Shown here in pieces: positions 40,640 through 54,960 of a stretch of DNA of 64,000 nucleotides. Below the pieces are notes generated by a model that was not told the DNA's origin, ran no database searches, and was given only the letters and a program-made list of their open reading frames with translations. This DNA is from Lama glama (Eukaryota). Position 1 is the first letter of the stretch. Each line of letters begins with the position of its first letter. The position numbers and the translations under genes were made by a program. The stretch spans positions 29,576,001 through 29,640,000 of the forward strand of contig CM052817.1 of NCBI GenBank assembly GCA_028534125.1, in the 5' to 3' direction.

Positions 40640-41170
40640 ATCAAGGAAACTCTACCCAAAAAGTACCAGACTCACATGTTTGCATAATTGAATTCTATCA
40701 AAACCTCAAGAAACTCATAATTGCATTTCTGTTCAAATTCTTACTGAGAATAGAGAAGGAAGGAAAGCTTTAAATTATTTTTATGTAAATTCTTGGTATC
40801 ATTAACAAAAACTGACAAATATGCAAAAATAATTTCTAATATGATAAACAGTACCAAACTACTAAAATAAAATATTAGCAAGTACAACCCATTGAAGTAT
40901 TAAAAGAATAACACATCATAACCAAGATGAGCTCATTAAAGTACTGGAAATATGTTTCAGTATTAGAAAATCAATTAAGTTTAACCCACTTAAGTATGTC
41001 AAAGGACAGAAACCACAATATTTATTCATAGTTGTTAAAGATGACATTTGATACAACAGAATATCTATTCCAAATAATATTTCTTGAATAAAACTTCTTT
41101 CCCATGATAAATTGATAGTATAAAAAATTTAAAATGTCTGCATGCTAGAATTATGTTTAAAAGGCAAAAT
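40640..41170 (+). mobile_element. Degraded old L1 ORF2 fragment
   Basis: gaattctatcaaaacctcaag, aaaatattagcaa, gacatttgatacaac. Confidence 0.65.
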
Positions 41171-42021
41171 ATTTCCTATATATACTGCTAAAAGGGCAAA
41201 TTTTCTTATATCTTAACCTTGATTGCCTAGGAAATAGAACCTGAGACAAAAATATAATGTGCTAGCAGTTAATTAAGAGGAAGGGTATAGCTTCAGGGAA
41301 GTGAAGGACAAAGGGGAGTGGGGAAGGAAAGGAGGGAGAACAAGCAAGTGGGCGCGATATTAAACAGACTGCAGCTTATTAAAAATACATCATATTTATA
41401 GGTCTCACGGTGTGTTCAGAGAGGTCATTTGAGCTACTGTTTCAGCTGTTGTCCTTCTTTTTAAAAAATTATTCCAGTGATTTGCGATACTGTCTTAATT
41501 GTATCCTAATTTTTAAAATATTTTCATTCATCTCTATTTTTATGGCATTCTATTGATCTATTTCCCATTTGGGTGGTAATTACACACTTTTAATTGTTGG
41601 CTTAACTACACTTGGATATATTATTGGCTAGTCTACCTGTCTTGCTCTTCTTTTGAAGAACTCCCTAAGATAGTTGCTTGCTCATTTTTTCCCCATATGA
41701 ATGTGTGTTTGCCTAACTCCATCTTTTAAAAGTTGGTATTTTTTTAGGACCACATTCATTTTGGAAAATAAATGAGGAAGACCTGACTCTTTGGCTTTCT
41801 GTCTAATTGTCTGAAAGACTGCCATGGAAATGCTATATGACAATTCTCCTGTACTCTCAGTTGTTTACAAGAAAATTCATGTAGTCTCATGAATCTGTAG
41901 GATACTTGTTCTGTGATTTCAGATAGCTTGTCTTGTGTGGTATTACGCTTGTCACTGAAATCGACTATGGGATGCTTGGGGCAGCTCTTCTCATTTTCCT
42001 TAGATAACAGTCCTTGCCAGG

Positions 42022-42358
42022 TGCTGTAATGTGAGTGTTTCTGTCCCTCCAAAATTCAGATGTTGAAATCCTAACCCCCATGGAATGCTATTAGGAGGTG
42101 ATTAGGCTGGGAATGTGGAACCCTCATGAATGAGATTAGTGCTCTTATGAAAAAGGCCCAGAAATTTCATTCACCCCTTCCACCTCCTGCTGGTACAGAT
42201 AGATGGCCGTCTAGGATGCAGGCTTTTACCAGATGCTGAATCTGCTAGTGGTTTAATCTTGAATTTTCCACCCTCCATAACTGAGATATAAATTTCTGTT
42301 GTTTATAAGCCACCTGGCCTATGGCATTCTGTTGTAGAAGCCTGAATAGACCACTACA
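42022..42358 (+). mobile_element. MLT1A/B-type MaLR solo LTR
   Basis: tgtccctccaaaattcagatgttgaaatcctaacccc...aaatttctgttgtttataagccacc. Confidence 0.85.
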
Positions 42359-44026
42359 CCTTGATATGTTACATTCATGGAAGGTAGCATGAAGTACAAT
42401 AAAGCAAGTAGAAACATATAAGATTACTTAATTTCTAGCTTTGAAACTAGCATACTGTCACTTCCACATACCTGATGTTGGCAAAACCAAGTCATAGTCA
42501 AGTAAAAGTCAAAGGGTATGGAAGTACACTATGATCATTTTGAGGCCATGGTGTGAATGCAGGAATAATTGGATATTGGATAAAAACATTCAGTATACCA
42601 CAGTTTACCTCTTGGTTTCAATTACTCCTGTCATTCCTGCATGTAAAACATACTCATCTCCATCCCAGGACCACCATATGTCTTATACAATAATAACATC
42701 AGATTTTAAATTTAAGATATTCTGATTCATGCCAGGTTACATCCAATTCTCTTGTCCCACAGACCTATGAACTAAAAAAATAATCACCTATACTGCACTT
42801 ACCCTATATAAAATGCTGTCCAGGGAAAGAATACACACACAATACACATTCTCATTTTGAAAACAAACATATTCTCATTTTGAAAAGCAGTCACTACTGT
42901 ATATTGATTTTGAAACACTAGGCAAATGTTACCAGGTACACAAACTCTTGGGCTGTAGGTATTACTTGCTTAGGCATTCAATTCTAATCCCTAGGATTGT
43001 TTCCCAGATCCGTATTTGTTAAAGCACCAGTGTGTATGTTGGTGACTGCCAACATCCTCAGCCTACTTCCTTCTAGTTGAACACTTGGGGCCCAGAGTCA
43101 GGCATTTTTGTTTGTTTTGGGTTCTAGAATGAAGGTCTTTTGCTTATAAAATCCTCTCTGAAACTTTGTAAGGTTTTGTGTGTCTGAGGATACCCAGTTC
43201 TGTGCCAAAAGCTACATTCACAATTTTTTTTTGAACCATGACTTTCTTGTTGGACTTAATTACTAATACACTGATAATATTATGCTACATTGGGACTTAC
43301 ATTTCTTTAGGAGGCCTATTGACCGTCTAAAACAAGAGAAAGCTCACTCTCCTTGAACTGGTGTCTAGCCAGATTATGTTCCTATCATAGTGTTCATCGA
43401 GGGGAAGAGAGATAAGTGATCAAAGTAAATCACCAGGCCAATAACAATGTCGAAGGAGTGGAGAAGAACCTTACATTTATGATAAGGCCATGGCACGGAT
43501 AGGAATGCAATGAAAACTAAGCAATTGGTACCAATAATTGCCTAAATTGTAACCCCCACCCAATGCAGTAACTTTCCAATTTGTTCAATTACTCAGTCCT
43601 TTATGAGGTTTCGTAAGTGTTACTTTTAAAAACATAACACATTTCTTTTTGATTTTATCCCTAGATATTTTAACTTCTCTTGCTATTTTCACTGGAGTTT
43701 TCTTTTGCTGTCTTCTACCCACAGTTCATATAAATAAAAGTTGTTGATTTCCAAGATACCTCATACTGCCTTTTATACTACCTTAAGAAGTTTCTTTTCT
43801 TATAATAATTTTTAGTTGCGTTGGAGTTTCTGATCATATTTTTTCTGTAGAGGATGTTCTCTGGTGGACATTAATATGTGAGACGATCTTAACACTTTAT
43901 GCCAACTCCTGTTGGTTCAATTACATTTTTCTTTCCTAGATGTCCTTGAACTCAATATTCCAGTGTTACCTCTTCCATGTTTGTGGCCACATGGTCAAAT
44001 CGTTTCCCAGTATTCATGAATCCAAG

Positions 44027-44440
44027 TGTGATGGTTAATATTATGTGTCATCTTGACTGGGCCCCAGTGTGACCAGATATTTGGTTAAATGTTATTCTTG
44101 GTGTGTGTGGATGAAATTAACATCAAATATTAGAGTAAGTCAAATTGTCCCCTTCAATGTGGGTGGACCTCATCCAATCCATTGAAGGCCTGAGTAGAAC
44201 CAAAAGATGGAAAAAAGTAGAAAATTCACTCTCCCTGCCTGTCTTTGAGCTGGGACGTTGGTTTTTTTCCCTGTCCTTGCACTCAGACTAGCATGTACAG
44301 CTTTGGCTCTTCTGGTTCTCAGGCCTTTGAACTCTAACTGGAATTTTACTGTGGGCTTTGCTAGATCTTCAGCTTGGAACTGCAGATCTTTAGACTTTTC
44401 AGTCTCTATAATCATGTGAGTTAAATCCTTGTAACAAATA
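44027..44440 (+). mobile_element. MLT2 (ERVL) LTR
   Basis: tgtgatggttaatattatgtgtcatcttgactggg...aatgtgggtggacctcatccaatccattgaaggcctg. Confidence 0.88.
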
Positions 44441-47400
44441 ATCTTTATATATATGTGTACATATCACCAATATATATGTATATGTCATCAGTATGTATGA
44501 ATGTATTATATATGTATAAAATTGTGTAATGATAGGTTAATTGTACAATCTGAAAAAGATAAGAGACCTAAGTTATGAGTTATATACTAAGCTTAAAGCC
44601 AAACAAATCTTCTCTAATATTAATGCAGGTCTCATTTTTTAAGTTTTGAACAATTGAAGAAAACAGTGATAGATGAAGGTTATAGCGACATTTAATATTA
44701 GAAAATTGTGTGAAACACTTTAAATTATTTAAATATTAGAAAAAGTAATCATAGACTAACATCCATAAACACTTTGGACATAACTTTTAAGGTAATAAAA
44801 AGTATAGGAAAGATAATATCCTTTGTTATATAGTCTAAGATAATGTTTAAAGATAGGAATCATATCTGTAGAAAGTGTAAAATGAATAGTATTATAAGTT
44901 ACCACTGGTGGGTCCTCAGTGTTTGCTGATCATTGGTGGTCATCATGCAACAATTTTAGGCACTGTAGCCTAGATAATGATGTACTGAAATCTTTCACAG
45001 ATGCCAAATATTAATGAGTATTCAAAATGTATTTTTGTCTCAAATAACTGTGTAGTGCTACGGAGATGTCTGCCAAGGATTTGTCTAGATTTAATATACC
45101 TTACTAATATTAAGAGACAGGAGTTTAAAAATGAATTTAGAAACTTTTTCCCTGGGATATAATAAAAAGGGATCAGAGCTAAAATCTCAAGCCTTAGTGA
45201 CAGGGTTGAAGGATGGCCAGATGAACAGAGAAAGTGTTGTCACTGTTTATAGATACCATGAAACATACTGGAAAATAATTATTTCAATGCAAATATCACT
45301 GACTTGTTTAGTGTTTTTGATGTTGAAGTCCTTACATTGTGTTCACAAAAATTCTATTATTTGGAATTTTGTCTCTGAACAAAATCCACTGAGAATGCCT
45401 ATTCTACAAATTAGAGCCAATTAAGTTTTAAATGTGAATATTTTATGAGTAGAGGTAATAGCATTTAATTTTCAGTTGGAATGTTACCTTTTAGATGGAG
45501 ATATAGAGAGCTCATTTACTGTCATTCAGACATCCCTCCAAACCCTTAAATTATGCAGCAAAAATGTAAGCTATAAAAATTCTCACTGACTACTTTAGAC
45601 AGGTATTTCCTTCACATTATTCCAGAAGTATGAAAGTAAAAATTGTACATCAGGGCAGATATTTCATATGTAATATTGTTTTTCTAGCATTATTCATAAA
45701 ATTAATTTTTTATTTGTTTCAGTTGTCAAATTAAATTAGAACAGAAATAAGAGTAAGTTAAAATATTTAAAAATTATGTATTATAGAATATATTTAAATT
45801 ATTTATAGAAATTCAATCCTTTTGATATTGATTAAGACTGCTCTAGTTTATTTTTTTCACTTAAGAGAGAAAAAAGAGCTTAGATAAAGCATTATGTTTT
45901 TTGTGTTTCATTAATTTTCTGGGTAAAGATTTGTATCTGCCTATAAGTGCCAGAATAAAAGTAATTAGATTACTTAATAAGAGTGTTGTCCTAAGTCAAA
46001 TGAAAAAAAGAAATAGTTTTCCTTAATTTCCTTTTAATGTTACCTGTTTGAAAATTTCCATTCATTTATTCTGACAGATGTATTTATTACAAACCTTAAT
46101 TAATGTAATGTTTTCCTCTTAGTATAAGATCTTTGAGTAGGAAATGGGGATGGTTAATATTAGCCAAAAGTGTCATGTATATATAATGGTGGGAATCATT
46201 GATACTTTCTAAGTTATATAAAGGTTTCTTATATTTAATATAAATGTCAAAGCTAAGAAAAGAACATTTATTTTTTCCATATCTAACTCAAATCATTCGG
46301 TCTTACTTTCACTATAAATCATAAAATAGTGTGTGAAAATATAGATGAGTCTGTTGTAAGTTATTTTTATTTAGAATTCCCTTCCAGATAAAATATATTT
46401 AATACTGACTTGATTTTATTTTGTTATATAGCATAATTTTAAGAAATGTTAACTTTAAATATTAAAAATGGCATTGGGGATCATGGTACTTTTGTAGATA
46501 TTTTACCTTAAATACATAGGAGTAATCAGCCGAATTGTGAAAAAGATTTTGCCAATCTGTAAACATCAATGAATTAGAGCTAGCATTGATTTATAAATGA
46601 TATTTGGCATCATATTTGCTTGTTGTTGGATTGTTACTTGTGTTCCAAACCACAAGCTACTTGTCAGCTCATCATATATGATGTGTAATCAACAGAGCGA
46701 ATGAACAAGCCCATCTGGCATAATGTCACAATGTCTTAAAATATATGCGCAAGTTTGGTATATAGACCATACATATGTTTGTAGGAATGGGCAAGCTATG
46801 CTTTTTTTTTTTTTTAACACTGTCTTTTTTTAAAGAAAGATGTGATGTCTCATACTGTGGCAATTTTCCACTTAACTTGAGCTATCTCTCTGGTATAATT
46901 ATACCAACTGGGAGTTTACATATTTTTATCTATGATGTGATTTGAACCTCTTCTGACACGGCATGCGTACGGGACATCATTACTCGCTTTATTGTAGGGT
47001 AATCTCAGAAGGGTGAAAATTCTGGAGAAGTGTTTTAGGGTAACAATATGCGCTTCCAGACAGATTTAAAAATACCCAGTGCTAATGATTAGAACCAGAA
47101 AAAAATGTATTACAAAACCTGTTCTTAAAGGAAGATTCAGGTGTGCTTTCTCTAAATGGCTGGAGTTCAGGGCTGTTTGGATTAATATGCATTATACATG
47201 CTCTACAGATTAAGCTTAACTGCCTGGGAAATGGATGACCAATGAACCACTTTATCTGTGCTCTGCAGGTACCTTGAGTAGTTTGCTACCTGCAACATAA
47301 TTATAATTCTATTTTGATGGAGACAGTTGTACAGTAGTTAAAATCATTTTCATTCCTTCCCAGAATTTCTCACAAAGAAATGCAAGGTAATGCAGTCTAT

Positions 47401-47869
47401 TTAAAAACAATATTGTTTCCTTGGATTTAAGCTATAAAATGTAACCATAATTCAGAAACAGCTAATATAACCTTCAGTAGAAAATGGAACAATTATTGTC
47501 TATATTGAGGAACAGGAACAGAATTAAATGTAGGCATTGTGGAAGTCCCTTGATATTTGATTAGTGAGATTGCTTTGGTGAATTTTTAAATCCAAATCAC
47601 TCATTCAAAGATGTTTGAACTCTTAAAATATATTTTGATTTTTTTCTACACATTTAAATGAAATGTAGGGTTGAAGCAATTAGGAAGTAGATGGAAAAAT
47701 GTATCTTGGCATCAGTGATTTAAACATTTGGGAGACATGCATGTGCACATGAATTTATATGAATATATATATATATATACACATGTAAATATTTTATATG
47801 TACTGAAATTTGATTTGAGTAATTTGGATAATTTCCCTTTGTTTTTAAAAATATATTTAGGAACTTTAC

Positions 47870-48468
47870 TATATGTCATCAGAATGGATGTATAAAGATG
47901 TCTACACCAAAATCCCCAGAATTTATGAATATGTTACATTATATGGCAAAAGGGGTTTTACAGTTATCTTTAAGGTTATAGACCTTAAAATAGGGAGATC
48001 ATTTTGTATTTTCTCACTAAGACCAGTCTAAATACATAAGACCCTAAAGGCAGATCACTTTCTAAACTAGAGTCAGAGATTTGCAGAATGAATATGAGAG
48101 ATAACTCATAGAGGGGCTTGATCTATTCTTATTGGAGGGAGCCACATGGAAAGCATGAGAAAGACTACAGATAGCATTTAGGAACAATGACAGATCTATG
48201 ACTGACAGCTAGTGAGGAATCAGGGACATTAATCCTACAGTCACAAGGAAATTCAGTCTGCCAGCAACTTGAATGACTTTGGAAGCAGATTATTCTTCCA
48301 GAGCCTCCAGTAAGAAAGGCAGCCTTGTCAACACCTTGATTTCAGATTTATGAAACCCTAGCCCACTCTAACTTCTGACCTGCAAAATCTGTAGGATAAC
48401 AAAATTGTGCTGTTTTAGGTCACTCAATTTGTGGTAAATTGTTACTGCAACAATAGAAAACTAATACG
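47870..48468 (+). mobile_element. MLT1D/E-type MaLR solo LTR
   Basis: gaatatgttacattatatggcaaaagggg...gaccttaaaatagggagat...tttgtggtaaattgttactgcaacaatagaaaactaatac. Confidence 0.85.
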
Positions 48469-48689
48469 CCATGTTTTAACCAGACAGTTGGATAGAGATG
48501 TAATTTAGTTAGTCTGCTTTATTTGGCTAGTTTTCATGTTAGTTCCTCGGCACTGTGGTAGTGTAGTTCCACACTTACTAATAATACTTATAATGATAAA
48601 TGTTTTTGATACCTACTTGTGGGAATATGGCTCAAATGGAAGACCATCCATGATCACTACTGTTTCTACCTATTTCTAATTTTATTAAT

Positions 48690-49575
48690 TATAAAATCCT
48701 TTTTATGGTGGGAATAATAAGATCTAGTTGCTTAGCAAGTTTGGTGTTCGTAATACAATACAGTTAACCCTTGAGCAACATGTGTTTGAACTGCAGGGGT
48801 CCACTTACATATGGATATTTTTCAGCAGTAAATGCTGCAGTATTACACGGTAGTGGCTGGTTGAATCAGAGGGTGCAGTGGAACTGTGGATAAGGAGGGC
48901 TGACTATAAATTATATACGCAGATTAACCACCACATTGTTCAAGGATCAACTGTATGGTTATCTGTAGCCACTGTACTGTGCAATAGATCTCAAAATTTA
49001 TTTACCTTCTATTTGCAAGTTTGTACTACATGTCTCCTATTCTCCCACTTTTCAGTCCCTGGTAACTACAATCTTACTGTTTTTAAGAGTTTGGCTCTTT
49101 TTGGATTACACATGCAAGTAATATCATATAGTATTTGTCTTTGACTTTTCTCAGTTAGCATGATGTCCTCAGGGTTCATCATTATTGTTGCAAATGGCAG
49201 GATTTCCTTCTTTCTCTTGGCTGAATAATACTTCATTTTATATATATATACATATACCATATCTTCTTTATCCATCCATTTATTAATGGGCACTTAGGTT
49301 GTTTCCAAAGCTTGGCTACTGTGAATAATGCTGCAATAAATGTGGTAGTGCATATTGACAGCCTGTTTTCATTTACTTTGGCTATATATTCAGGAGTGGG
49401 ATTGCTGGATTATATGGTAGTTATATTTTTAATTTTTGGAGAAACCTCCATATTGTATTCCATAGTGGCTGACTGATTTGCATTCCTACCAACAGTGCAC
49501 AAGGGTTCTCTTTTCTCCACGTCCTTACCAACACTTGTTATTTCTTCTCATTTTTTAAATACCCATTCTAATATT
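48690..49575 (-). mobile_element. L1MA9/10-like 3' end, interrupted by a MITE
   Basis: gttgttgcaaatggcaggatttccttc-type motifs, ggttgtttccaaagcttggctactgtgaataatgctgc. The ORF at 49066-49293 (-) reads KKEILPFAT. Confidence 0.85.
48761..48953. mobile_element. Tigger3/MER8-like MITE
   Basis: Terminal inverted repeats CAGTTAACCCTTGAGCAAC ... TTGTTCAAGGATCAACTG with TA on both sides. Confidence 0.9.
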
Positions 49576-51289
49576 CCTTTGCTGTGTTGTTTTGTTTGTT
49601 TTGTGGGGTTTTTGGGTTTTTTTTTGTTTTGTTTTTTGTTTTTTTGGTAAAGCCTGAGGTCATGGTAAGTTTCACCTGATTGAAATGAGACATTTAGATC
49701 TTATGAGTACTTTTAACATTCATTAAGAAAAAAAATGGTGGCAATTCATTCTTTCACAAGCTGGTAGTTAGAAGCATATATTTTAGGGACAAATTATCCC
49801 TTTATATCCAGCAATCAGGCCAACAATACTATAACAATTATTACAATGAAATTGAAATCTTTATTATGTACCAGATTAAGACACATACTATCTTTGAAAT
49901 GGAAAATATCTTTCTTAGATCCCCAAATTACCCTCTGGAATTATTGACTCTCTTGAAGTTTTTCTTATATTTGATTTCAGCACTAAGGATGTTTCTGTTT
50001 ATGTCTTGATTTAATGATGTCTAATTTCATATTTTTTCCCATATTAAAATGAATCGTGCAGTTAAAATATACTGAAATGCCTGTTAGAATGAAATAGTCT
50101 GTAACATCATCCTTGCACATATCAGGCCAAATTTGCCACAGTTTGTGCCTTTTGTGATTGTTCTTCTATACCTGTATTAGCATAATGGATGTGTAGCCCA
50201 CTAGAGAATGTTTTAACTTATTGGACCATGTTACCATTAACAAAAAGTGTCAGGATAATAAAGTAGCTGATTCCACATTTTTGTAGGGACCTTAAACACA
50301 AGGCCCTTTATCTCACAGTGTAATTCATCTTAATCATCTTTTTGATAACATACACACTACTGATAAATTTGATTTATCTGCATATAGTAGTGTAGTGTTT
50401 GAGTCTTACTTCTTATGCTCAAGACACATCATAGTGATTGGAGCAGAACCACAAGACACATAAAGTAGCTCAGAAACTACACTGCTACACATAACTGTCT
50501 ATGAATTTGATATGTTGGCCTACAGAGCTATTAATAAAAAAAGTTAAATAATGTACTTACAGTCCCTGATTATTGTGATGTTTATACAATACCAAAAATT
50601 CAATTAAAAAATCTATTACTTTTGTCGGGCCAAACATTTTTTTTTGTTTTATTCTTCTGTACTTAGAAGTCAGGTAATATAGTTTTCAGGAAACTTGAAA
50701 TAAAAAAAAAGAAACAATAGTAAAAAAAATAAAAGTGTTATCATAATATTGACACCTTACAAAGTGTGTACTTTATCTCTTTTAATCCCATCAAGTAAGG
50801 GATTAGTATTTCCTTTTTAGCAAGGAGAATATTGTGGTGCATAAAGAATCAAAACTTGCAAATGGACACAAAGCTAATATCAGCTGGGATTCAAGCCTTG
50901 GTTTGTGTATATGTAGTTATGCCATACTACTTTGTAAACATATACCTTGTCTATAACTAAAATTGGTATAAAATTTTATTATATTATTTATCCACTTTAT
51001 CCTTAGAACACTTTTAAGTCTGTAACAAATGAATTTGGACTCCATCATTCTTCCATGAGGAATGTATAAGAGGATTAATGAATGAAGAACCTAATAGCCT
51101 TGTAAGAAATGATGGGTTGCAAAGGACAGATAGTCACAAATTTTAAATATTTTGTAAGTACTTTTAAACAAGTTATTTGAGGTATATTGAATAGGAATCA
51201 ACTAGATATCTGATTTGCATAAATAAAACACATCAAAAAACAAAAACTATAATATATAAAAACTATTTTGGACAATTTAAAAGGTCTAT

Positions 51290-52180
51290 TAATAAGGGCA
51301 AGAACTCCTGCTAACTGGCAAACAACACAAACATGTTTGAAATAACTCTTTTCAGACATTGGGCAATGGGCAGGACAATGCAGATGGTGATCTCTGAGAG
51401 AAGGGAGACAATGGGTAAAATCTGTAATCATCCTGGCTTTCCTCTTTAAGGCATTTTCCAGGGCACAGTGCAATTATGAAGGGAACCTTTAGCTGACAAG
51501 ACAGCCTCACTGAGTTGAGGAATTAGCAATAACAGTTTGGGAAGCTGGAGTGCTTAGAAATTTCAGCATAATGTTCTGGACAGAAAGGAACTATGTAGAA
51601 AAAGGATTTCAGAGATTTGCACTTGTGTCCCCTTGAGTGTTTGCTGACCACTAGATAACACGTGAGAAGTGTGAAACTCCTAAGTACAGACAAGGAACGA
51701 CCAAAGAGTTATAAACCTAAAATCCCCAGAGTTCTTCTCAAGGTGAAGAGATGTTCTATCCCTGACTAGACAGAATGGAGCATCCTCAGATGTCACTCAG
51801 AACATTCCTAGAGAGCCCACGTGAACCATGACTTAGTAGTGGGAGCAAACTACGTCTGAAGTAAAGGCTCTCCTAAGCTCACCCCAGCAAATTTTAAAAA
51901 CCAAACCCCAAATAATTAAAGTACTCAGTATGTAACTCAATTCCCTGTCAAAACAACTTTATATTCTTTAAAGGAAGACATACATACACACTCAAAATAT
52001 AACCCCTGCGATGTTGATATCAAATCAGAAATTTCTTTGCAGGTCAAGAACAAGAAAATATGACACCAGACCAGGAAAGCAAGCAGCAGAGGAATAGATC
52101 TATAAATGGCAGAGATGGTAGAACTAGCAGAAAAAGATGATTAAAAAAATGAACTGTTACAACTATGTGCAGATATTTAA
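51290..52180 (+). mobile_element. Ancient L1 5' region fragment
   Basis: aaataactcttttcagacattgggca...aagaacaagaaaatatgacacc...aaatggcagagatggtagaactagcag (ORF1 start-like). Confidence 0.55.
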
Positions 52181-52329
52181 AGAATTCCAGACTTCTTTGC
52201 CAGGCACCTTCCTCAAAGAAACTGTGTTTGTGACTTCTCCTACATTAATTTATTTAAGCCAGATTTTGAAATCTATATAAATGCAATAAAATCATATGTA
52301 CTTACTTGTAACTGATTATTTTACCTGAT

Positions 52330-53935
52330 GTTACCTCAGTGCCATTCATTATTTTTATTGCATGTGGCAGTAAGTTGTTTCTCCATCGACACATTATATT
52401 GCAGTGTATGAACATTCTATAATATATATTATGTAATATATTATACATATTAATATATTAATACATATACTATGTAATAATTATACTACAATAATTGTTA
52501 TTAATGACCTAGTGAAATGTTTTCAGTTTTTGGCTAGTGTAAATGATGTTGATATGGAAATTCTTGTAAGGGTCTTTTAGTACACAGTTTGCACATAGCT
52601 TTTGGGTAGTAGTAGAATGACCTGCAGTGGAATGACTGGGATGCTGAATATTCATATACTTACATTTGATCGACCTTGCCAGGTAGTTTTCCAAAAGGAT
52701 TGTAACAATTAAAAAATTACGGTTGCAATGCTTGGGAGGTGTGGTTGTACACATCCCACTGCCACTTGATATTTATCACCAGTATTATTTCCCTTTGTAG
52801 TCATTCAAAATGATAGAATTCTTATAGTGTAGGTTTATCTTACTGTCCCTTTAATTTTATTTCCATCTGACTAAAGAGATTGAACATCTTTAATTTTCTT
52901 ATAGGACATATGTATATTGTCTTTTGTTAAGCGCCTATTCAAAAATTTTGCTCAACTTTTCTTGGAAGGACAGGAGAGTTTATCTTTTCTCTCACTGATT
53001 TATAGGAAGACTCTATGTAGTCTCAATATGAGTTCTTCTTCAGATATATGTATTGCAGTATCTCCTCACATTCTGCAAATAGTTACACTATTTAAAGGGA
53101 TCTTTTAATGGACAAAGTATTTCAATGTTAATGCTGTTCAATTAATCAGCTTTTACATTATATGATTATTGATTTTTGTATCCAGTTTAAGAAATCTTTG
53201 CCTACTCCAAGTTGATGAAGATATTTTCCTTGTGTTATCTCTTAAGAGCTTAATAATTTTGCATTTATGTTAAAATTTGTTACATACCTGGGGTTTATAT
53301 TTGTATATGGCACCAGCTGGGGGGGTGAAGATTTACTTTTTATTCCCAATTTGACACTCTGCTAAGATCAGAACCTTTTGTTGAAAAGAACATTGTTGAC
53401 TCACTGCATTTTGATGGTACCTTTGTTCCACATCTATTGCACGTATATGTGTAGGTCTCTTCCTGGACTTCATAGTCTGTTTAATTTATCTGTCTGTCTG
53501 TCTGTCTATCAGTCTATCTACACTCTATTTGTTCCCAACCTTGCGTTAATTATTGATGCTATATAATAAGATTCAACTTTCCTCTTTATCTTGCCTCATT
53601 TCTTGGTCTTTTACATGTGTGTGAACTTTATAATCAATTTTTATCAACTTTATAGTCAATTTTATAGTCAATTTTAATAGCAACTTTGTTTGGAATTGCA
53701 TTGAATCTAAAGAGTGGGTTATAGGGAATTAGCAATTTAACCTTGAGTTGATCAGTGTAGTTTATGTCTGATTTAAATAGGTTGCATAAATTTCTCTCAG
53801 TAATGTCAAATAGTTAAAGATCTATGCTATCACAATGTTCAGTAAATTTAGTAGTTAATGCTAATTGATGTCATTAAAAGTGATATTTTTATTGAGTTTT
53901 CCAATTTTTTGTTGCTATTCTTTAGAAATAGAACT
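52330..53935 (-). mobile_element. Degraded L1ME-like fragment
   Basis: tttaagaaatctttgcctactccaag, tttggaattgcattgaatcta. Confidence 0.7.
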
Positions 53936-54819
53936 GAGACTGGACAGTTTTATTTTTGAAAATAAGCCATAATATGAGACTTAAAGTCTAATTAGATTGT
54001 TGTTATAAGAGAAACCAGTAAATACACGGATTCTGTCCACAGTTTCCTTTCCATCAGTAGAAAAACTGACATCACTGAATGCATTTAGTGGGAGAGTAAG
54101 AGACAGCATGGCATGATTATCTGACTCCATGAGTTGTGTTTGTCCAGCATACAACTTCTGGGTCCTTGGTAAATCATCCACACATATTAGAGCATTTGTC
54201 AAATGCTTACTCTGGTAAAGATGTATATTGCAGGTGAGTTATTCCTATCATGTTAGTGATGCACATGTCTCAATGAGGTTGTATGAGAGGATTTTTTAAG
54301 TGTTATTTGAAAAAAATGCTCAGTATTTAGAAATAGACATTTTAGTAATAGATTAGTAATATAATGATTCATTTTATATTATATTCATTATTATATTTTT
54401 TAAACTTTGAGTCACTTTCTTTTATTAAGATCTTAACAGCATGTGTATGTGTGAATAACATGATTTTCATGATTCCTAAAAAGAAAATATTAAAATAGAG
54501 CTGAAGTATTGCCAACTGCTGAGGCAGATAATGTAAACCTTCATTTCACTGGAGTGTTGTTATATAAAAGGCAAGTTCCCACTCCTTATCATACTACTTG
54601 ACAATAGGTACTTGAAATTATTTAGCAGTATTATTTGAGTTCCTTTTGCAATTTCTGATTTGATTTGAAGAATGGTATATTTTCCCCAGACATAAGTCTT
54701 ACTAGTCTAATTTTTCTCTTCCTGTCTGACAGAGAAAAGTAATGTACTCCCCCCACTAGAATCTCAAAGAGAAATTATACTTTTTATCCATTATCTTTCT
54801 GTCTCTTCTCATTTACTTA

Positions 54820-54960
54820 TTTTTTATTTTTTCTGTTGAATAAATTTGACATATTTATATACCGTGTAGGATTAAGATGTACAGCATGTTACTTTGATGC
54901 ATTTGTATATTGTAATATGATTGCCAATGTTGTGATATTTATCATATTTCTTATTTTTCT
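54820..54960 (-). mobile_element. Short L1MA9-like 3' end
   Basis: ttgaataaatttgacatat...ttaagatgtacagcatg...tgtatattgtaatatgattgcca. Confidence 0.6.

Noticed and set aside
42848..42886. 16-bp direct repeat attctcattttgaaaa
   Set aside because: Two copies only. An ordinary local tandem duplication, not an array.
53625..53690. Short imperfect tandem repeats (tttatagtcaa)
   Set aside because: Slippage microduplication inside a degraded L1.
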